A stretch of DNA of 32,000 nt. Source: Aeropyrum pernix K1. Its GTDB lineage: Archaea > Thermoproteota > Thermoprotei_A > Sulfolobales > Acidilobaceae. The position numbers were made by a program, and so were the translations under genes. Positions 18,503 to 26,357 of this stretch are shown in pieces. The first letter of the stretch is position 1. Every line of letters begins with the position of its first letter. The DNA lies in assembly GCF_000011125.1 (NCBI RefSeq), contig NC_000854.2, positions 840,001 to 872,000 on the forward strand, in the 5' to 3' direction. The notes under the pieces were generated by a model. That model searched no databases. It had not been told where the DNA came from and was given only the letters and a program-made list of their open reading frames with translations.

Positions 18503-18541
18503 GCGAGGTACACCTCCCTCCGAGACCGCAGGGGGGTTTTG

Positions 18542-18572
18542 ACCTAATTAGAGGGACCCACCCTACCTAATT
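18542..18572 (+). repeat. direct repeat ACCTAATT x2 (18542-18549, 18565-18572) upstream of the helicase gene
   Basis: Read directly. The second copy overlaps a 7-bp hairpin, CCCTACC (18561-18567) / GGTAGGG (18575-18581). Confidence 0.6.
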
Positions 18573-18605
18573 CCGGTAGGGGCTGAAGGGTTCGGCGGGT
18601 GCTGG

Positions 18606-21600
18606 TTGTTGAAGAGGCTTTGGGAGAGGATCGCCGATAGCCTGGGGCTGAGGAGGGAGCTTGCGTTCGCCGACGTCCTCGACAACCCCCTGCTCCTGGA
18701 GAGGTTTCTCAGCGAGAAGGGCTGCCCGGGGGATGAGGGGCTTCGGGAGGCTGTGGAGAGGGGTCTTCACGAGATTATTATTAAAGTTAAGGCTGCTGGC
18801 TGCAGTGTGCCGGGTGATATTGAACGTGAGGCGGCTGCCGTCCTGATATTCAATGGTAAGAGGCCTCCCGGCTTGTATGATGTCGAGCCCGGGGGGGTCG
18901 CCATTGCCGTTTGCAGCGATGACAGGGTGGTTGTAGGGTATGGTGGGTATGTGCTGGACACCGACTCCATGGGGCCGGGAGGAAAGGCTAGAGTGCTGTC
19001 TAACAGCGACGCCGCTGGGCTGGCGGCATGGAGCCTCGGCGCCTCGATACTTGTGCACTGGGGCTGTCGTACCCGGTACCCCCGGGCTGTAGATGCCTCG
19101 CTGCTGTCGGCGATAGCCGTTCCGGAAGCTGGCGGGGATATCGGCCTCAGCATTTACCACTTCTCCGCGGCGCCGGGCAGTGTTGTTGATGCTGTGGCTG
19201 ATATTGTGTCAAAATCTGTAGCCCTGCTCGAGAGTTTGGGGGTAGATTGGTCTAGAATGCCGCCCGAGGTTAGGCTGGCTCCGGAGGCGACGGTAGCCCG
19301 GGGAGAACTAGCTGGTAGCGTTGAAATAAGGAGGTCGGCGGCGGAGGTCGTCGCCTCCGACGCTCCCCGACTCTTCTTCAGGACCTGGAGGCCCTACATC
19401 CTAGAGCCGCCCGGGGACCATGGCTATAAGGGGCTCGAGTACGCAGCGTATATGGCTGTAAGAAGTATAGCATACCGGGGAGGCAGCGTCTGGAGGGCTC
19501 TGGAGACTGCTCCAGCGAAGCTAGTAGAGCCTATGCTGAGGCTTCTAAGGTCCTCGGAGATCAGGCCTAACCCCCGTCCTCCAGAGCCAGGGGAGCAGGT
19601 GGAGGCAGCAGACCTGGGCCTAGCGGGGTGGGGTGGCGAGGTCCTCCTGGACTGTGTGAAGCCTTTGGACCGCTGCCTCTCCGCGGCCCCGCAGGCCTCA
19701 TCTTCCATGCCAGAGGACCTGAGGATGAGGATTGAAATGGCCTCCAAGAAGCCTGCCAGCCCTAGAAGGTGGGGTAGGCTTAGGATTAGGGTTAGGGGGT
19801 GGAGCCCTAGGGAGATAGCGTCTATGCTGGGTGTGGAGACCGCGTCCCAAGCGGATGCTCCCAAGGTTAGGCTTGTTCCCCCTCAGGGAAGGGGGCCCTT
19901 GGGGCTTGTCGAGGATCTGAGGCGGATTCTCGAGGGTGAGGATGGTAGGATACTTGTTATAACTCCCGAGGAGAGGCTGGCTTCGCTGGTTGCTGAAGGT
20001 CTTGGAGGCTACACGCCGGACTCCCAGGGTGAAGTGTTCCACCGCTGGTTCGTGGAGGGCGGTCTGCTGGTAGTGCCTTGGGGTTATCTACAGGCCCGCC
20101 CGGAGATCGCCAATGTGGCTGACAGGAGCGTGGTGCTCCTGCCGGAGGTAATGCTGAGGGATGAGACCCTGGCCCGCATTATACGCCTCTTCTACTCTGG
20201 GAGAGCGGGGCTGGTATCAGTCCAGTGGGGTAGGATAGTCGAGCTCCTACATAGGCTGGGCGCGGTTGGTGTCTCCTGGGCCGCCGGGCTTGGCGAGCCC
20301 AGAAGCTCTAGCGCGACTGTTGCTGAGGAGGTTGTGGATGACGTTCTGGCCGGCGTTGTCAACAGGCTCCTGGGCGTCTCAAGGCTGAGGCCTGGGCAGG
20401 AGGCTGTTTTAAGGAGGATATCACGGGTGTACGCATCCCTCTCACCCTCAGTAACCATTGCCGTTATGCCTACGGGCTATGGAAAATCCCTTCTCTTCCA
20501 GGCCCCCGCACGGGGGCTAGCATACCTAGGTTACGGGGCTCTGACCCTCGTTGTGACGCCTCTCAAAGCCCTAATGAGGGACCAGACAAGAGCAGCTCTA
20601 GGGAGGGGGCTAGCGGCTTGCTACATCGACTCTAGCCTTAGCCTGAAGGCTAGGGGCGAGGTGCTTAGGGCTGCTGCCATGGGCCTCATAGACCTCCTCT
20701 ACATTGCGCCGGAGAGGTTTGAGGACGCTAGGATAAGGGAGGTTGTTGAGGGGGGCAGGCTCGCGCTGGCAGTGTTGGACGAGGCCCACACTGCGTCGAG
20801 GTGGGGTGAGACGTTTAGGAACAGCTACCTCTACATGGCTAAAACCCTGGCTAGCTTGAGGCTGGAGGAGGGCTGGCCACCAATCCTGGCCCTGACGGCC
20901 ACGGCCACACTAGATATTATAGAGTCGCTGGTGGCCATGCTTGGAGCCGCCGACTACTCGGTCGTAGACCTGGAGGAGGATGGCGCTATACCCGGAGAGG
21001 GTAGCCCGGAGGAGACTATAGTCTACAGGATAGCCCCCGTCAGGCCGAACATAGCTGTCGAGGCCAGGATTGCTCCCCCCGGGAGGGCAAGACTTGACGT
21101 GGCTGCGGAGCATGTGAGGGAGCTCGCAGCATGGGCAACGGGAGTCTCCGAGAGCTGGGTGGGAGCGGTTTTCACGGGGTTCGTCAAGAGTAAGGCTATG
21201 GACTGGGCTAACGCTGAGACCATAGCCTCCAGGCTTGAGCCTGCGCTAGGAGGGGTCTGCGAGGTCCTCGTGTACCACGGCCAGATGGGTGAGAAGAGGA
21301 GGAAGATGGTGGAGGAGAGGGCGGCTGAGCCCCGGGGGAGGAAGATTATAGTGGCGACTAAGGCGTTCGGCATGGGAGTAGATATTAGGAACCTGAGGTG
21401 GACCCTACACCTATTCCCCAGCGATTCTGTCGAGGACCTCGTACAGGAGATAGGGAGGGCGGGGAGAGACGGGCTCCCCGCAAGATCGCTGGTCCTATTC
21501 GACCCCGAGGACTTCCGGGTTAGACGCGCCATGGGGCTTAGACAGCTTCCACGGCTCTCCTCAGTGCTGGCTCTCTACAACTCTCTCGTCGAACTCCATG

Positions 21601-22574
21601 GGAGGGAGGAGAGCTACACCCTCGTCCTAACACCACCCGCAGTGCCTCCAAAGGTGGTCAGGCTCCTCGACATACTGAGGACCTCCGGGCTGCTTGACTA
21701 CAGTATAACCAGGCGCCTACACCTATATAGGCTGAGGAAGGGTGTCTCGTGGAGGGATCTAGAGGAGGCTGGCGTCACCCCCAGGCTTGTGCTGCCGAGG
21801 CTTGGCATAGTTGGGTTCGAGGAGAAGGTACCCCCCGGGGAGATGCTGGAGCCTGCGAGCCTCTCGATAAAGCTGTGTATAAGTCCCGACAACTCCTTTG
21901 AAATATTCTACGGCAGGCATGGCAACACAGGTAGGGAGTGCCGTAGAGCCGTGATAGAGAGGTCAGGCGTGGCGTTGCTAATAGATCTCAACCCGGACGT
22001 CAGGCACAGGAGCATTACAAAGCCGACTCCAGACCTGCTCGTATATCATGCCAGGCTCGCCTCCCTAGAAGCCCTGAAGGTGGAGAGGCTTAGAAAGCTC
22101 CTCGAAAGCCTCTCTGGCCTGCGGGGTGAAAAGTCGAGCCAGGCTTTTAGAGAGGGTGTTAGAGAATACTTCAACAAACCTCTCCTCAGGCCTCTGCCTG
22201 AGAACCCTGAAAAGGCTTTGAAGCAGCCGCGGTCTATAGAGTGCGCGGGCGTCTCAAAATGCCGCGCCCTAGCAGCTACCCTCGAGAGGTTAGTGGAGGT
22301 CCTCGGCCCCTTAGGCGTTACTATAGCTGTCCCCAGCGGGGAAGCTAGGGCTTCATTCCTCAGAGCATACAGCAGCCTCTTCCCAGTGGAGCCCAGAATT
22401 GTAGGTGTCAGGAAGGTGCTTAATAGGCTGAAAGCAGGTGGAGTCGCAGCAGCCGACCTCGGCTATGTAGTGGCGGTTACACACAAGGAGAGCCAATACA
22501 ATATGCTCCTTTCCACGGTAGAAGGCTCAGGCTACCCCTACGTGACCGTTGTACATGCTAAAATGCCAGTATAA
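18606..22574 (+). CDS. large RecQ-like SF2 DNA helicase with long unassigned N- and C-terminal regions
   Basis: The core (about aa 600-960) has MPTGYGKSLLFQ (Walker A), LVVTPLKALMRDQ, VLDEAHTASRWGETFRNSY (RecQ-type DEAH..WG..FR), LALTATAT, IVATKAFGMGVDIRN and QEIGRAGRDG. TTG start. Confidence 0.85.
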   Translation: MLKRLWERIADSLGLRRELAFADVLDNPLLLERFLSEKGCPGDEGLREAVERGLHEIIIKVKAAGCSVPGDIEREAAAVLIFNGKRPPGLYDVEPGGVAIAVCSDDRVVVGYGGYVLDTDSMGPGGKARVLSNSDAAGLAAWSLGASILVHWGCRTRYPRAVDASLLSAIAVPEAGGDIGLSIYHFSAAPGSVVDAVADIVSKSVALLESLGVDWSRMPPEVRLAPEATVARGELAGSVEIRRSAAEVVASDAPRLFFRTWRPYILEPPGDHGYKGLEYAAYMAVRSIAYRGGSVWRALETAPAKLVEPMLRLLRSSEIRPNPRPPEPGEQVEAADLGLAGWGGEVLLDCVKPLDRCLSAAPQASSSMPEDLRMRIEMASKKPASPRRWGRLRIRVRGWSPREIASMLGVETASQADAPKVRLVPPQGRGPLGLVEDLRRILEGEDGRILVITPEERLASLVAEGLGGYTPDSQGEVFHRWFVEGGLLVVPWGYLQARPEIANVADRSVVLLPEVMLRDETLARIIRLFYSGRAGLVSVQWGRIVELLHRLGAVGVSWAAGLGEPRSSSATVAEEVVDDVLAGVVNRLLGVSRLRPGQEAVLRRISRVYASLSPSVTIAVMPTGYGKSLLFQAPARGLAYLGYGALTLVVTPLKALMRDQTRAALGRGLAACYIDSSLSLKARGEVLRAAAMGLIDLLYIAPERFEDARIREVVEGGRLALAVLDEAHTASRWGETFRNSYLYMAKTLASLRLEEGWPPILALTATATLDIIESLVAMLGAADYSVVDLEEDGAIPGEGSPEETIVYRIAPVRPNIAVEARIAPPGRARLDVAAEHVRELAAWATGVSESWVGAVFTGFVKSKAMDWANAETIASRLEPALGGVCEVLVYHGQMGEKRRKMVEERAAEPRGRKIIVATKAFGMGVDIRNLRWTLHLFPSDSVEDLVQEIGRAGRDGLPARSLVLFDPEDFRVRRAMGLRQLPRLSSVLALYNSLVELHGREESYTLVLTPPAVPPKVVRLLDILRTSGLLDYSITRRLHLYRLRKGVSWRDLEEAGVTPRLVLPRLGIVGFEEKVPPGEMLEPASLSIKLCISPDNSFEIFYGRHGNTGRECRRAVIERSGVALLIDLNPDVRHRSITKPTPDLLVYHARLASLEALKVERLRKLLESLSGLRGEKSSQAFREGVREYFNKPLLRPLPENPEKALKQPRSIECAGVSKCRALAATLERLVEVLGPLGVTIAVPSGEARASFLRAYSSLFPVEPRIVGVRKVLNRLKAGGVAAADLGYVVAVTHKESQYNMLLSTVEGSGYPYVTVVHAKMPV

Positions 22575-22806
22575 CCGCTGTTAGCTGATAGCAGCAATAC
22601 AAACCCCCCGTGTTTCAGTAATCTATCCTATCTAGGTTACTTTGGGCGCAGGTCGGAGGTGTCTGATGGTGATGTGAAGGTGCTCCCGACTGAAGCGGCC
22701 CCCAGCCTCCCTATTCATCCTTAAGGGGCCCGTATACAAGTATCCTCAGACGCCGTTGGGGTAGTGGTTCGTATAGTTGCCTTTCGTCGAGAGGACCTCT
22801 ATCCTC

Positions 22807-23328
22807 CTACGCCGCAGATACGACCTTGCCCCTGCATATCTTCAGGAAGAGGGCGGGTGTATCCACGGTTTTCGCCACGAAGCAGCCCTCGCCTACATCT
22901 TTTTCCAGCTCTGAGTAGAGTGTGTGGGCAATTTCGGCCAGGGTTCTTCCGGAAACCGTGAAGGTAAGGGGTGTGTAGTCCAGAACAAGGCTGGCCTGGA
23001 AGAGGGGGTCAAGCAGCTTCTCTGCCTCCTCAACGCTGTAGGCATATGGCCCCTGTTCTCTAGCCCTTTCTCCTGGCCTAGCTGTGGCTGGCTCTGCCTG
23101 CGTTGAGGGCGGGCGTGTCTCGGCCTCGGCGGGCGGCTCAGGCCTTGGAGGGCCAGACTCCTTTTCTACCGTGAATCCCTCTGTCTGAGCCTGCCTGTAG
23201 AACCTGCAGTTTACATATCTTGGCGTGGAGCAGGGGAATGCGAGTGGATTTACGGGACGCCTAACAACCTTACAGTAAACCACTGGCCCCCTGCTCTCCC
23301 CCAGGGGGCAGACGACCTTTGGAGCCAT
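22807..23328 (-). CDS. hypothetical protein: N-terminal four-Cys module, Pro/Glu-rich linker, small C-terminal globular domain
   Basis: ATG start preceded by AAGGAGGA. Contains VVCPLGESRGPVVYCKVVRRPVNPLAFPCSTPRYVNCRFY (C7, C19, C33, C41), then the PPRPEPPAEAETRPPSTQAEP linker. Codon usage is gene-like. Confidence 0.6.
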   Translation of the reverse strand: MAPKVVCPLGESRGPVVYCKVVRRPVNPLAFPCSTPRYVNCRFYRQAQTEGFTVEKESGPPRPEPPAEAETRPPSTQAEPATARPGERAREQGPYAYSVEEAEKLLDPLFQASLVLDYTPLTFTVSGRTLAEIAHTLYSELEKDVGEGCFVAKTVDTPALFLKICRGKVVSAA

Positions 23329-23529
23329 TCCTCCTTACCCTTGTATACCCTTGTATTGCCTTCCCTAGCCGCATTTATGAGGCACAGGTCACATCTCAAA
23401 ATATAAATTATAGCGGGAGAACATTATATTATTACCCAAACCGGCCTTACAGTATCACCCCTCTAGCCGTCCCGCCTCTTCATGGGCACCATAAGTAGCC
23501 TGGCGCTGGATGCCAGGGCACTACGATAC

Positions 23530-24237
23530 TCAAGCCGCTACAGCCTCCTTCTGCTCCTCCGTCAACAGTCTGAAACCGTATGCTGCTAGAAGGGCTGGTA
23601 TGATGCCCCCGACTGCGTACCATAGGCCCAGCGTCACCATACCCAGGCTCTTAGCCACGGAGTATAGAGGAAGCGTGAAGCCGTGCATTATGAATGCTAG
23701 GCCTATGAGCATTGCCGCCCTACTGCCAGTGGGTATTGCGAGCTCTCTGGTGAAGTAAGCTCCGACTAGGAGGGCTAGGGGTACTAGCTGCCCTAGCACT
23801 CTACCTATGCTGCTAACCAGTAGTCTCTGGCTAGGCGGCTCTATGCCGCTTAGAATGTTCACGGCCAGGGTGTATACGGTGCCCGATATAAACACTATGC
23901 CGGGGAGGCCAATCCTTATCCACCTACTCTCAGCACCAATAGTCTCGATCAGAACTGAAGCCATGGCAGCGCTCCAGAACACTATCGCGATACCCCGCAC
24001 TGCGTCAAGGCTATAGTGTGCCGTGGACCCGTAGAACCCTGGACTCCTCAACACCATAACATTGATCACGGACTCGAGGACAGCCTGTATAAATACTGCG
24101 AAGAGTCCTGCTGAGAGGGCCAGTGCAGCCGTCGAGCCGGAGTTTCGGTATGCAGTGTAGGCGTAGAACGACGCGGCCAGGGTTGCAACAGCGGTAGCTA
24201 GGGGGAATCCCGCAGCCTCAACATACTCTATAACCAA
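23530..24237 (-). CDS. seven-TM membrane protein, unknown function
   Basis: Seven hydrophobic segments readable by eye. TTG start. Lies 79 nt downstream of PadR on the same strand. Confidence 0.65.
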   Translation of the reverse strand: MVIEYVEAAGFPLATAVATLAASFYAYTAYRNSGSTAALALSAGLFAVFIQAVLESVINVMVLRSPGFYGSTAHYSLDAVRGIAIVFWSAAMASVLIETIGAESRWIRIGLPGIVFISGTVYTLAVNILSGIEPPSQRLLVSSIGRVLGQLVPLALLVGAYFTRELAIPTGSRAAMLIGLAFIMHGFTLPLYSVAKSLGMVTLGLWYAVGGIIPALLAAYGFRLLTEEQKEAVAA

Positions 24238-24316
24238 GTCTTGGCCACCCGCCTTGTAGCAGATTCATAGAGACACGATATAAAAGGTGGTTTTCTACAA
24301 AGAGGAGACAAGAGGA

Positions 24317-24955
24317 TTAGGGCGGAGGGCCTGCAGCCTGGCTACTACCAGCCTCCACCTTGACCTCGGCAGGGCTGCACGACTGTTCCAGAGCCTCCTC
24401 GAACTTCTCCACAGCCTTTCTGGCCTCTGCACAGACTCTAGCCGCCTCACCCTCGAACCCGTTCTCCCTCAGTATCCTGCAGCCCTCGATGATATAGTAT
24501 ATAAGGTAGTCCACTTTCCTAGCCTTCTCAAACATTATGTCCGCCAGGCGCCTCCACCCATCCTCTGTGAGGGCGTAGACTATTCTCCTCCCTCCCTTGA
24601 CACCCTTCCTATCCATCCTCTCGACGCGTATGAGACCCTCCCTCTTAAGCTGGTCTAGGAGCGGGTATAGCGTGCCGGGTGCTGGCCTCCAGACGCCATT
24701 GGTTATCTCTTCTATCCTGTTCATAATCTCGTAGCCGTGGTAGGGCCTCTCTGCCAGGACCCTAAGGACTAGTTGCCTTAGACTCTCCCTGATGATGTTA
24801 CTCCTCGAGCCCTCCTGGCTGTTGTAGGTGCTGGACAAACTTTCGAACCCGTAAATATAATCTATTACAGAATGCTGGGGTTTATATAGGCATGCACAGT
24901 CTCGAAGGCGGCTCAAAGACTGGTGTCCCTCCTCAACGGCCCCTGCCTTCGGCAA
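24317..24955 (-). CDS. PadR-family transcriptional regulator (winged HTH) with C-terminal helical extension
   Basis: LVLRVLAERPYHGYEIMNRIEEITNGVWRPAPGTLYPLLDQLKREGLIRVE...GGRRIVYALTEDG is a classic PadR wHTH. The true start may be TTG 24838 (LSSTYNSQ...), downstream of a TATATAAA box at 24881-24888. Confidence 0.85.
   Translation of the reverse strand: MPKAGAVEEGHQSLSRLRDCACLYKPQHSVIDYIYGFESLSSTYNSQEGSRSNIIRESLRQLVLRVLAERPYHGYEIMNRIEEITNGVWRPAPGTLYPLLDQLKREGLIRVERMDRKGVKGGRRIVYALTEDGWRRLADIMFEKARKVDYLIYYIIEGCRILRENGFEGEAARVCAEARKAVEKFEEALEQSCSPAEVKVEAGSSQAAGPPP
24881..24888 (-). promoter_or_regulatory. TATA box candidate inside the long version of the PadR ORF
   Basis: The minus strand reads CCTATATAAA. 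The first canonical in-frame start downstream is TTG 24838. Confidence 0.35.
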
Positions 24956-25028
24956 TACCAGCCGTCATCACAGCCGCCACCAAAGAATTATTCCCATCCC
25001 GCCCCTGAAAGGGTTTCTGCGGGTAGGA

Positions 25029-25811
25029 TTGTTGGAGCGTTGCGGGGGACTTGTGCTTGGCGGTAGCCGGGGGCTTGGTTTCCACGCGGCCCGCGCGCTA
25101 GCCAGCCTCGGCTGCAACCTGGTGATCGTCGCCAGGGGCCGGGAGGCTCTCGAGAAGAGTGCTAAGGAAATCTCGGAAGGTTTCGGTGTTGATGTAGAGC
25201 CTCTAGTTGGCGATCTAAGGAAGAAGGGTCATGTGGAGAACGCAGTTATACACGCTGTCCAGACTTTTGGGAGGGTGGATGCCGTAGTAGCCGCCTACGG
25301 AAACATATCCCGGGAGCCTCTAACCCTCCGTGAAGCGGAGTGGGAGGACTGGATTGAGGCTGCGGCACTATACCTGGCATCAACATCCAGCCTTTTCAAA
25401 GCACTGGCCTCCTATAACACAGCGAAGGCCACCGTGATACTTCTCTCGAGCTTTACCGTAGCCGAGCCTATGGACCCTCTCATAGTTTCGGACGCCGTCA
25501 GAGCCGGATTATCGAGGCTGGTAAAATCGGCTGCGAGGCTTTATCCCGATAGGATAAGACCCATACTACTTATCCTAGGAAGTTTCAAGACGCCTGGGGC
25601 TATGAGGACGTTGGAGAGGATAGCCAGGTCTCGAGGGGAAAGCTTAGAGAACGTCTGGAGGAGGGAGGTTGAGATGCTGAGCCCCCTAGCCAGATCTGGA
25701 GGTCTCGACGAGTTTGAGGAGGTTATAAGGATGCTTGTCAGGAGCCCGGATTACATGCACGGAGCCACGGTAGTATTCGACGGGGCGTCTGGGAGGGTTT
25801 CATGGCCCTAG
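25029..25811 (+). CDS. short-chain dehydrogenase/reductase (SDR)-fold protein lacking the canonical Tyr-x3-Lys
   Basis: Has a Rossmann motif (VLGGSRGLGFHAARALASLGCNLVIVAR) and an NNAG-like AAYGN. At the YxxxK position it reads SDAVR. TTG start is forced by the position of the Gly motif. Confidence 0.8.
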   Translation: MLERCGGLVLGGSRGLGFHAARALASLGCNLVIVARGREALEKSAKEISEGFGVDVEPLVGDLRKKGHVENAVIHAVQTFGRVDAVVAAYGNISREPLTLREAEWEDWIEAAALYLASTSSLFKALASYNTAKATVILLSSFTVAEPMDPLIVSDAVRAGLSRLVKSAARLYPDRIRPILLILGSFKTPGAMRTLERIARSRGESLENVWRREVEMLSPLARSGGLDEFEEVIRMLVRSPDYMHGATVVFDGASGRVSWP

Positions 25812-26293
25812 CCAGAGCTGCTGTTATATAGCTCGATGGGCGGGCACTCCAGACCCTTTGAGAGTCTCAGGGCGTACACATCATTGATATGCATTTCCAC
25901 GACGTTGTGTTTAAGCCCTCTCTGATAGTGCTCGAGAAGCCTCCTGTACTCCTCGTAGTTCACTGTGGTGAAGAAAGCCTCTTTCACGGCGTTATCAATT
26001 ATCTCCTCAAGGGTGGCTAGGGCGTACGCCTCGGCAGGGCTACGCACCTTTATTACCAGGTCGATGTCGAAGCTCCCGTTGACGCTAGTCTCACATTCTC
26101 CCCCCGATAGGTCTGAGAGCGCTATATAGTCGATTGTGTAGAAGTATTTTGTCAGGATACGGGCTATCTTCGCTGCTAGACTCACCTTCACCCTACCCCA
26201 CTCCTCGCCGCTACGACTGTTTATTCCTCTGAATATTTTTGACGCCTCGTCGAAGACCTCATACCATATCTGCTTCTCCACTGTGCTCGGCAA
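25808..26293 (-). CDS. small Pol-beta-superfamily nucleotidyltransferase-like protein (tentative)
   Basis: IALSDLSGGECETSVNGSFDIDLVIKV fits hG[GS]-x9-13-DhD, followed by VVEMHIND as a possible third-carboxylate strand. TTG start. GC is lower than in neighbours. Confidence 0.5.
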   Translation of the reverse strand: MPSTVEKQIWYEVFDEASKIFRGINSRSGEEWGRVKVSLAAKIARILTKYFYTIDYIALSDLSGGECETSVNGSFDIDLVIKVRSPAEAYALATLEEIIDNAVKEAFFTTVNYEEYRRLLEHYQRGLKHNVVEMHINDVYALRLSKGLECPPIELYNSSSG

Positions 26294-26305
26294 AGCACCA
26301 CACCT

Positions 26306-26325
26306 ATCCCACTATAATCCCACTA
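26306..26325. repeat. tandem direct repeat ATCCCACTA-TA-ATCCCACTA
   Basis: Read directly. There is an 11-nt register. It lies 13-32 nt upstream of the NTase-like TTG start and embeds ATTATAG (minus strand). A third ATCCCAC is at 26409-26415. Confidence 0.65.
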
Positions 26326-26330
26326 CGCAG

Positions 26331-26357
26331 AGGGGATATACATAAACAGTATCCCCT
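26331..26357. repeat. perfect 8-bp inverted repeat AGGGGATA / TATCCCCT with 11-nt spacer
   Basis: Read directly (26331-26338 and 26350-26357). TATCCCC recurs at 26450-26456. Confidence 0.65.

Noticed and set aside
18567-19160. 197-aa minus-strand ORF overlapping the helicase 5' end
   Set aside because: It is antisense to an uninterrupted 1322-codon frame, has P/G/R-rich composition, and starts within the moaC-helicase spacer without promoter features.
19780-19799. Telomere-like TTAGG-A-TTAGGG-TTAGGGGG run, within a G-tract-rich stretch 19768-19812 (possible G-quadruplex)
   Set aside because: It has only three imperfect units and lies inside the helicase CDS, where it simply encodes an Arg-rich segment (RLRIRVRGW). 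This is most likely coincidence of AGG/GTT/AGG codons. G4 potential is untestable by eye.
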